A DNA stretch of 64,000 nt from Lytechinus pictus (lineage: Eukaryota). A program made the translations under genes and the position numbers. This document shows positions 13,943-23,730 of this stretch, in pieces. The notes under the pieces were generated by a model. That model was not told where the DNA came from. It searched no databases and worked only from the letters and a program-made list of their open reading frames with translations. The number at the start of each line of letters is the position of its first letter. Within the stretch, counting starts at the first letter, position 1. The stretch lies in the NCBI RefSeq assembly GCF_037042905.1, contig NC_087250.1, positions 14,758,001 to 14,822,000 of the forward strand, read 5' to 3'.

Positions 13943-14389
13943 AGAGGCTGTTCTCACTACGTTCCTAAAACTAGTTTAGTGGAAACTAGTTTAACGCGTA
14001 GTGAGAACGGTCAAAGCGGTCTCGGAAGCGATTTTCCAAACAAGTTTGGAAAACCACCTCGCAATGTAGTTTTCAAGATCGCTTTGCCTCGTTAAACTGG
14101 TTTAAGCGTGAGGACACAACCGTTCTTCGGGAAGCGATCTTCCCACATTTTGAGCTTGCTACTCCACACGACAGGTGTAGAATGCCTATGCTGCAGTTTC
14201 GAATTTCGCGCGAAACGTGTCACCCCACTGAGAGGGTTTCCATAGCAACAAGAGCGCTTTACGTGAAGTGATTTTGAAAACCACTTTCGTGTGATCAAGT
14301 GGGAACGCTAGCAAAGCGATCTTCCAAAGTGGTTTCCTGAATCGGTTTCCAGTAAACTAGTTTTAGAAAGCGTAATGAGAACGGCCTCT
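13943..14389. mobile_element. MITE, possibly Harbinger-like
   Basis: Imperfect TIRs AGAGGCTGTTCTCACTACG and CGTAATGAGAACGGCCTCT with subterminal AAACTAGTTT repeats; TSD not clear. Confidence 0.6.
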
Positions 14390-15149
14390 CTGTCACCTAT
14401 GAGGTCAATACTGTTATGTATTGACCTCACTGGTACAAGTTCGGAGTGAAGTCATCCCATGGTGTGTGGTCAACGAGGTGACTGATACCACTTGTTCACT
14501 GCAACCATCCTGCATGTGGGGAATCTACAGGTAGGACTATGCCATGGTAGGCCCTAATGTTGTACAGAGCACACACTTTAAAAAATCATTAAAATATCAC
14601 TTTTGTGACCAAAATTACTAATTTTCATACAGTTGCAATTTATTTTTCATTAGTAACTTGGGAATAATTTTTGTATTCACTAGAGCGCTCAAAAACTTTA
14701 AACAAATAATTTAATGAATCGAATTTACTTAAGACTAAGAGCCAAGTTGTATGACGAATAGGTGTAATGGAAACTGTCAGTGTAAAAAAATCAAGCATTT
14801 GTCCCCCAAAAAAGAGAAAATAAGCCAAACATTGCCACCCTTATTTTGCCACACATGGAGATATAACTGAGAACAAGGTTATATCATAATTCATATCCTT
14901 GTTCATTGAATGAGTGACTGATATTAAATTATGATTTATTATTAACCGACTGGTTGTAAAACGTCAACCACCACACGCCCTGATGGCAATGCATGACAAT
15001 TGACATGTACATGTGACACAGATAAATCTCATGTAATAATCTGGAGAGCTTCCATTACACACAGATGAAAATCCTTGATAAGATACTACTTTTTCGTAAG
15101 TTTACTGTCTACTGAGCTGACACTGGCATGAAACCAGTCTAACGTTAAT

Positions 15150-15396
15150 AACGTAAAATTACACGTGTGGGACTCCCCACTCTTTCACACAAAATTTTAC
15201 CGGCAGCTTCCGAGTCGTCACACACGGGACAAGCAATTTTCGTCATTTCAAAGACACTTTATCTCTCTAAAAGGATGTTAGGCAGTTCTGCAGTTTGATT
15301 TAGTTCTTTTCATTCAAAGTCCACTCTCTGTATCTCACCTTTTAATGGAAGAAAAACCTTTTGGTGATCACCTCCACACTCCACAGCTCAGGTAAG
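15150..15396. promoter_or_regulatory. Probable bidirectional promoter and non-coding first exons of MRPS21 (-) and TYSND1 (+)
   Basis: Consensus + strand donor CAG|GTAAGT at 15389-15397. Candidate - strand donors at 15199-15200 (CCG|GTAAAA) and about 15337 (AG|GTGAGA). E-box CACGTG at 15162-15167. Both flanking genes start with acceptor-preceded ATG exons that need upstream exons. The assignment is inference. Confidence 0.45.
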
Positions 15397-16124
15397 TAAG
15401 CTCCGCCGGCCAGCTCTATCGAAAGTCTATCGATCGAGTTGCCTAGTCTAGTTCTAGACGATATTAAACGAATTTGTTTTCACCGATATATACGTTCTAT
15501 TCCGTGCGTACGCCCAGCCGAGTGTGCGCGCAAAACCGAAAACCTGTACTCCGAGAAAAATATCGTCTAGAACAGTTGCTCAGCGGTGACGTCACTCCCT
15601 CAGATTTTTGAGGGAAAGTCGTTAAAAGTGGACACGCCTCCCGTTCAGCCGCTAGTCTTTGTTAACAGCAGGGAAGATTACTGGGTTGAGAAATATGGTG
15701 TGATCTACCGATAAAATGAATATTAATTACCTAAGAAAGGACTTTTTGTTGTAAATAATTTATAAAAGAAATCAAATTAAACACACAAAAACATCATAAA
15801 TGAATCGGATCGTGTATGTTTCCCCTGATACCTACAATAAGGTTTTTGAGCGTAGACTATCGTATATAGATTACATATACAATACACACACACACATAAT
15901 CAATCGGATCGCACAAAGCAGCACAACATTAGCCATAGACTTGTGTACTGTACCGTCTGCCGTGATGTTGTATCAGGGAGACTCCCAACTCCCTGGTTGT
16001 ATTGTGTACTGTAGGCCTATACATAATTATACAGCGCGCGGTTTCCAAATTCAGTTTCTTGCGTGTTTACCAAATCAGACAAGTCTTGATCACTTATATC
16101 TTCGTTTTTTTCATATATGGTGTG

Positions 16125-16290
16125 ATGGCGACGGGTAATTAACGTCATTCTATCAGAGATTCCATCCTGCATATGTCCAAACAGTTGGGAACAACGACTT
16201 TGAAGATCCAACAGAACAAAGCTCTCGAAAGTTTCCTCCGAGGCCACGATGTCTTCTTGAATATACCTACTGGGTATATATGGAAAGAGG
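16125..16290 (+). pseudogene. Decayed N-terminus of a RecQ-like SF2 helicase carried by the transposon
   Basis: Reads MATGN*RHSIRDSILHMSKQLGTTTLKIQQNKALESFLRGHDVFLNIPTGY, then GK after a 4-nt TA-repeat frameshift. This is RecQ motif 0/Q plus Walker A (D-V-F-x-x-x-PTGYGK). One in-frame stop at 16140-16142. Confidence 0.75.
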
Positions 16291-16553
16291 GTAGCAACTT
16301 TATATCCTTCAAAAATGACACTCCCCTTGATTTGGGTTAATTATGTAATTTCTTCATGATGCCAGTTTAATTGAAGTCACATGGCCCCAAGTTTCCTAAA
16401 TGGAGTCACTTAAAAAGCAAGAAATTCTATATTTCCACATGTAAAATGACAATGACAATTTTACACATTTCCTCATAAACTTGTTCCACAGAATTGCTTC
16501 TTTTGTTCGCATGACAGTAATATATAGCAGGAAAATAATGTCAAAGTCATTAA

Positions 16554-17141
16554 AGGTCAAGTCTACCCCAGAAAAAATGATTTGAATAAATAGAGACAAA
16601 TCAAACATGAATAATGGTGAAAATTTCATCAAAACCGGATGTAAACTTAAGAGAGTTATGACATTTTAAAATTTGGCTTATTTTTCACAAAACAGTTCTA
16701 TACTCAACTCGGTGATATGCAAATGAGAGAGACGATGATGTCACTCACTCACTATTTCTTTTGTTTTTGTTTGAATAATACAATATTTCAATTTTTACGA
16801 ATTCGATAATATTAGTGCCCCTTTGCTCGAACCACAAAATGTTAGAATAATGGAATTACATGTGTTCAGGGAGGAATGAAACTTTTTTAACAGACAATGA
16901 CGAGAAAATCAAAATATTTCATAAAATAAAATACAAAAGAAATAGTAAGTGAATGATGTCATCGGTCCCCTCATTTGCATGCTGACTAAGATGTGCATAT
17001 AACTGTTTTGAAAAATTAAGCGAAACTTGAAATTGTTATAACTTTCTTATTTTACATCCAATTTTGATGAAATTTTCAGAGTTATGTTTGTTTGATTTTT
17101 CTTTATCTATTCAAATCAGTTTGTTGGGGTGGACTTGTCCT
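16554..17141. mobile_element. TTAA-target MITE (Kolobok-like) nested in the Academ-like element
   Basis: TTAA|AGGTCAAGTCTACCCCA ... TGGGGTGGACTTGTCCT|TTAA; same family as 45497-46409. Confidence 0.75.
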
Positions 17142-18166
17142 TTAACTGGCAAGTTTGATCTGAAATGTACTGTTCTTTCATAATATGGCTGACCAAACAA
17201 TAATTGGAATTTGCAGTAGAACAAGAATATAATTGTCTCCCTTTTGCATTTATTGAAGTTGACTGAGTAAACTCTCTCTGGAACAAAAAAATCCTAAAGA
17301 ACCATGACCAAAACAAAACTCACAAGTCGGTCATATTTGTACGTACAGTATCGCACTTTAAACAGTGGCGTACCTGGAATTTTCCACAGGGGGGGGGGCA
17401 AAACCGTCCGCCAAAAAAATTGACAAGCAAAAAAAAAGTCTTCAATCACAAATAAAGGACTTCGTACCTGGAAAAAAAATTGACAAGCAAAACAAAAAAA
17501 AGGTCTTCAAGCTCGTCAGGGGGCCAAGATAGTCCTTCGCCCCACCAATAGAAATAATTGGGGGGGGGCAAACATATCGTTTTGCCCCCCCCCCTCCTCC
17601 AATAATTCCGCATGTACAAAAATAAAATAAGATGGTAATGTTACACAGAAATCAGCAAGCGATATTGAGCTACACGACTCGTTCTTTGTTTAAAATCGTG
17701 CTCAAATTGTCCGCTTTTCAGATTGGAATACAAAAATTTTCAGCACGCGCTTCGCGCTCGCACCATTTCTGTAGCAAAACCCCATACTTTTCATGATTAA
17801 ATAGGTGAATAGAATGTCCCGTTCTCAGTTCTAAACCTCAAAAGAAGTCCCGCTTTGATTTGCAATAATCTTTTGTTGGATATAATCTTGTTCTTTATTA
17901 AAAACGTCCATTAAACTGTCATTTTTTTTTCAGATCGAAATTTTGCGCTCGCATGTTTTGTCTTTTTTAGATACCCATCTTAATCATAGGTACCAAAATG
18001 CAGAGGATATCAAGCTTTCTGGTCAGAATATAAAGAAATTTCAGCTCGCCCTCGGCACTCGCATTATCTGTGTAGTGAGATATGTATTCTCCTCATGAGT
18101 TACTACAAACAGTCTTTAAAAGGCACCTTTTTCCTATTTTCAGGTCAGTTTACTAAAAAATTTCAG

Positions 18167-18167
<1 letters not shown>

Positions 18168-18209
<42 letters not shown>
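18168..18209. repeat. (TA)n microsatellite
   Basis: Directly visible. Confidence 0.95.
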
Positions 18210-18210
<1 letters not shown>

Positions 18211-20827
18211 GAGTGTGTGTGAGTTTGTTTGTTTTGTGTGATCGAGCGCCATTGGAAAGTTGATTTATGATTTTGCCCCCCCCCCCCCAATGTGAAAAAA
18301 AGGATCGACGCCCCTGTGTATATATAGTAAAAGTATTGGCCTCATCGCAATAAAAGGGTTGGGACACGAGATTTTGAAATCGCACATAACATGCATAATT
18401 TGTGTTACTTTTTGCTTGTTTCTTTCTTTAATAAGTTTTTCAATCTCTCTCTATATATGTCTAAGAAAGATTATATGTCTAAATTCATGTATATTTTATG
18501 TTGTAATGATATATGTTTAAGTGGATTTCAGGGAATGGTCGTACGCAGCAAGGGGGAAGGGGGGGGGGCAAATTCCCGATCAGTTGTTGTGAAAACACAT
18601 TTTTTCCCTTAACATTTCATGAAAACTATGAAAAATGTGCAAATGTGAGATGTGTACCAAATACTTTTATTACACTTTATAAAAAAAATAATCGCCGCAT
18701 GAGCAGCTCGGTCCGTTTACTCTATCGTTTTTATTTTTATTTTTCAAAAATATGTTCGAGTTTTGCCCCCCCCCCCCCCCCCCCGGAAATATTATCTGCG
18801 TGTGGTCATGCAAAATGGCATGACTGGAAATCCTACATTTTGAAAAGAGCATTTGACAGGGTCAGACTTTACCCCTTTTTCAACATTTTCTTTTATGGTG
18901 CAAAAATATGTGCGCCGCTCGGCGGTGCCCCCCCCCCCTTTTGCCAAAAGCTGGATCCGCCTATGCAAACTACATGTAAAAGTTACACTGCAAACGAATA
19001 GTTACTAGCAATTTAATTAACTGGCAAGGTACATGTAGATCTGAACATAACGCTCTTTCATAATGGCTGCAAAAAATATATTTCATAAATACTGTACTTC
19101 AAAGGTAATGAGAAAATGTGCCTTCAAGTTTATTTATAGATCCAGACCGGACCCGAAATGAAATTGATAAATTATATACCAATCGAAAGCTTATAAGCTA
19201 CTAAATACAGCAAGGTATGCTATATTGATTTTCACCGCTTCCCAGCTGAGTAATTTGCTTAAGAATATTCCAATTATCGGCCTTCGAACCCCGCTTAGAA
19301 AATAGGCTTTATTGTGCTTTTCACCTGCCTCGAGACCGTGACGTCACGTTGTGTAAGAAGCGTTGTGATTCCATAGGTTTGTACACAGAAAAACAGGGTG
19401 ATTTTTTTGCTTTCCAGATAACGCATTTCATTCTCTTCACTTCTATCACAGAGGGATATCACATATATTTTTACCCACAAGCTTGAAATTATGAAATCTA
19501 CAGTTTTGAACTAGTTTTTGCCATATTTATTTCCTGCTTACTTGGCGCAAATTTCAATTCTATCTGCATTTAGATTATGTATAATAACTTTTCCTGACAT
19601 AGCAATTTAGGCCCAATAAGAGCCAAACAAAGAAATCACAAAAAAGGTAGTGAATAGTTGTAGGTTTACAACAATTTGAACAGTGAATAATTTTGAGTGC
19701 CATTTTCATCTGAAAACGAAAAAAAAATGGATTCATAACATGGAAATGGAAGAAAATACCCAATGCTTTTGTACACAAACCTACAGAATCACAACCCTCC
19801 TGACACAACGTGACGTCATCATTTCCAGGCGACATGGGGGTGCTCAATCGAAGCGTACTTTGGAGGAGTAGTTTCTTTGATTTTTATTTAATATTTTTAA
19901 CTATTGGAAGAATCATTACCTTTATTTTAATATATGATTGTTTTTACACCGGTCAGGGTCTTTATCGAAGAGGCTTCGTGTATACATCATTGGCAATATC
20001 ATTTCCTGGCTACCTGTAGCTAGATAATAATGTAGCTGAACAACAAAAAATAATTGTACGCATTATCTATATGTCCATGTAAAGTAAATAAATAAACTAA
20101 AAGTTCCAAGGACAATTGCAAAGATTTTCTTCCAAAATCTGATGCACGCATCAAAATCCGCATTTGTGAGATTAATCTACTTTTAAAAATCAATAATGAT
20201 TTTTATTCTGTTTTCCTTATCCCTTTCACAGCTCTGTACTAATCTGTACAAAGTACATGTACTTCTCAACCCTTTTTGTCATACTCTCTGCCCATGGGTG
20301 TCGATCGGTATTCTTGGTTGGGGGGGGGGGGTGATTGACACAAATGTTCTTGTGGATGGGGATCTTTCAACATTACCCCCACTAAAATCACAAGTTAGGA
20401 CATTTGAGAGTGGTTGATATGCATGGTGTTCTTGGAAATTGCTTAATTGTTGCAGTGTACTTTACTTATATAATTTTTTTTTTAATTCAATTTGTGTTAC
20501 AAGTAAGCTTATTATAAACCCATACGAAAGAAAAATGACAAAAAATGTCTGGACCATGTACAAAGTGATATGTTTATTGAGCATAATGTATACAACTTCT
20601 CTCTTAAATCTAACCCGACTGGCAATATTTTTTTTCTTCTTAATGCATGATGATAAAATGCACATTCGGACAAAAAATATAAGATTAGCACAAATTACAA
20701 ACTGTGTGGCTTCTCGTGTGCCATCGGGCTTACCGTCATTCCTTAGACGATTTTAACCCTGGATTTTAACATGTTTTAAATACTTTACAAGTGCATGAAA
20801 CAAAAACAAACATTAAAACAATCAAAA

Positions 20828-21110
20828 CCAGTGGATTAGTCTTCGGACTTTGAAACAGAGGGTCGTGGGTTCGAATCCCAGCCATGGCGTAATTTCCTTC
20901 AGCAAGAAATTTATCCATACTGTGCTGCACTCAACCCAGGTGAGATGAATGGGTACCCGGTAGGAAGAAATTCCTTCAATGCTTTGAGCGCCTAGGTAGC
21001 CCAGCTAAAGCCGGGGTAATAATAATAGCAGGGCCCGCTGGGAGAACAGTTTTCGGAACTGAAGCGGCTTCCCTGGGTAAATATACCTGTATTATTATTA
21101 TTATTATTAT
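20828..21110 (+). mobile_element. tRNA-derived SINE with slightly 5'-clipped head and (ATT)n tail
   Basis: B-box GGTTCGAATCC, anticodon-arm-like GACTTTGAAAC, body motif CCCAGGTGAGATGAATGGGTACC, (ATT)n end. Homologous to the copy at 55839-56130. Confidence 0.85.
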
Positions 21111-21752
21111 AAAACTCAACTGTCATGTCATGATATTTCTCCAACATTTTCTTGAACCATCAGTGTGTAATATCAGCTAATATACATTATGTGTTACAAT
21201 GAAATTTACGTACCGCATGAGTGTGCTCATATAGAATGTAAAACTGCCATCCTTTTCCAAACTCAAAAGATATTTCTTTTTGCCAAAATAAGAAAAAAAT
21301 AATCAAGTTTAGTTATTCAAGTCCATAACAATAACAAGAATAACATGAAAAAAAAACATCCGATGTTCATATCCTCATATCCGCTTTAGAGAGAATGAAT
21401 GATTATTCTTTCTGAAACCATCAATTGATTTCACTTATTAAAACATTTGTAAAAATATGATCATATTATATTGAGCTCACTGAACCTCAATATTTTCATG
21501 AGAGGTATCTGATGGGGTCACATGATAAAATGTTTTAATATCAATTACATCCAACCGCATACAACAAAGGCACCATATATGAGCTACTGATCACCAAACG
21601 ACTATATATTATGACTTTTTTAAAGTGAAATTTTTGCATTTGATGTGGGCTCACTCTTTCATGACTATAGGCACCTCATTTCCACATAGATAGATAATGA
21701 GGACATCGATGCTCTCCTGCAAAATATTATTGACCAAAAGTTATCGTTCAAG

Positions 21753-21773
21753 CATGGACCTACTAGGTCCATG
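21753..21773. mobile_element. 21-bp head-to-head TIR remnant of a P-like element with 7-bp TSD
   Basis: GTTCAAG|CATGGACCTA-C-TAGGTCCATG|GTTCAAG; same termini as the element at 34072-34804. Confidence 0.75.
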
Positions 21774-23730
21774 GTTCAAGTCAAGGTATTTGGATATACA
21801 AGTAGGGGTGACTTTCGTTTTGTGCACATCTTGCTTTTGGTATATTTTCTTGTTCAAAGGTTTACTGAATGCCGAACTTAATATATAACTAACATGACAT
21901 ACATCGGTAAAGTGTGTATAACCAGGCAAATAAATGAAGTGATAAGCCTATACTCTATAGAAACGCAAAGGTATTTTTCTTTTTCTCTGAATTTTCTGGG
22001 AATGAATAAGAAAAAGGGTGAAATAGAACAACATCTATTTCAGGTAGTCTCAATAATGTCCGAAAATCTTTCGCCTCATGTCAGACCTCATTGCAAATAA
22101 CTTTTTATGAGCGGCGATCCCTGGCGATTTACTTATTTTACATAACAAAAAGGAAGTGATATTCAAAAGGGTTGTAGATTAAATGGAACAAACATCATGC
22201 ACTTGGATGTGGGAGGGGTAAATCTGAGAAAAGTTATTTGTACTTTTTCAAAATTTACCCCTCTGGGATTTACGTCCATGGGGTTTTCCCTGTTTATCTT
22301 GCCACCCTTTTACTCCCGTTTATTTTTCCACCCGTTTATTTTTCCACCCTTTTGAATTAATTGATTTATTAAAATGTATTTATTCACCACTACCTGGTGG
22401 GATAGAACACCCTATCAACAAAAGTTGTTTTTAGTTCGTCGGGGTCCTTTTATGTCATGTGTTAAAACTTACATAAACATTTAAATTTTTGTCATCTTGA
22501 ACCTCCACCCATCTGTTTTAAAGTCCTGGAAAATAATGTTTTTATTTAATAACAATATACACACATTGCGACGGAAACAAACTGATTGATGGCATACTAT
22601 AATCATCACTATAATTATCATGATCATACTTTTTCATTTTTCATCATCATTATTATAATTTTTCTACCCTAAATTATTGGGGGGGATGATAATACAGGCC
22701 ATCCCCCACTTGAAATATTAGGGGGGGATATATCCCCCCATCCCCCCCCCCCCCCGTGATCGACACCCATGTCGATCTTTGACAGTGAAATATGTGAAGA
22801 AGACTTTGAAAATGATATATTTACAAGTGCCCACAGTAAAATGTACCGTGATGTGATCCATTCACAAGAATGAGAGTTTAATTACATGTATGAGTCTGAA
22901 TTTTCAATACCCATACTAAGACAAAATGCCTTTATGTAATTACATGTGTAGATGAAGAAGAATATAAAATATATCATTCAAACATGTACATTAATTATTC
23001 CATCTGAGTAAAGTGGAAAAACTATAGTCTGTATTGTTTTGAAGTTTGAAATTTGGTACATTAGCACCTTCTTTCATATATCATGATGGTAACATCATAC
23101 CCACAGATTTAACCAAGATATGCACATAGAGTGAAATAACTATTATGCATGTAACAGTAATTTCCCAACAATGAAATTTCTATTTGTAGCCTTAAAAGTA
23201 ATGAACTATCTCAAACTGTCGTATGATACATGTACATGTATTTACATCACATAGATCACGGACGCTCACGTCCCTGCATAGATATACTACACCAATCCCA
23301 CGTGCACAATGTATGCAAATAACGAGTGCAAAACGTAAACAACGGTTCGGCGCAGCGAGATTGACAAGTAACTCATGCATATTCATGAGCACTCGTCCGT
23401 TGACCTTTGACCTCTGACGTCACCGCTGAGCAACTGTTCTAGACGATATTTTTCTCGGAGTACAGGTTCTCGGTTTTGCGCGCACACTCGGCGGGGCGTA
23501 CGCACGGAATAGAACGTATATATCGGTGAAAACAAATTCGTTTAATATCGTCTAGAACTAGACTACGAGTTGCCCGGCGCCGGCGCCGCGCGCCCGGCGC
23601 GGCCGGCCGCCTCAGCCCGGGTCGCACTGTGCTGGCCGGCGGAATGCAAGGGCAAGGCCCAGGCCAGGGCCCCGCCCCGGCCGCGCCCGGCCCGTTCCAT
23701 AAAACAATCAGGAACAATGGTATGGTTGGA

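Larger units (their letters stand above)
15444..23565. mobile_element. AcademH-like (helicase-type Academ) DNA transposon, non-autonomous derivative, 8122 bp
   Basis: 151-bp TIRs at 15444-15594 and 23415-23565 (2 mismatches). TAG..CTA termini. Perfect 9-bp TSD CGAGTTGCC (15435-15443, 23566-23574). RecQ-like helicase remnant inside. Confidence 0.85.

Noticed and set aside
21690..21890. Possible Academ transposase remnant (DNEDIDALLQNIIDQKLSFK...)
   Set aside because: The resemblance is too weak, part of the reading comes from the 21-bp footprint, and no catalytic motif is recognisable.
20293..22771. Element bounded by CATGGGTGTCGATC / GATCGACACCCATG
   Set aside because: The 14-bp inverted match is perfect, but the flanks (CTCTGCC vs TCGATCT) give no TSD. 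These are probably ends of separate fragments of a common repeat.
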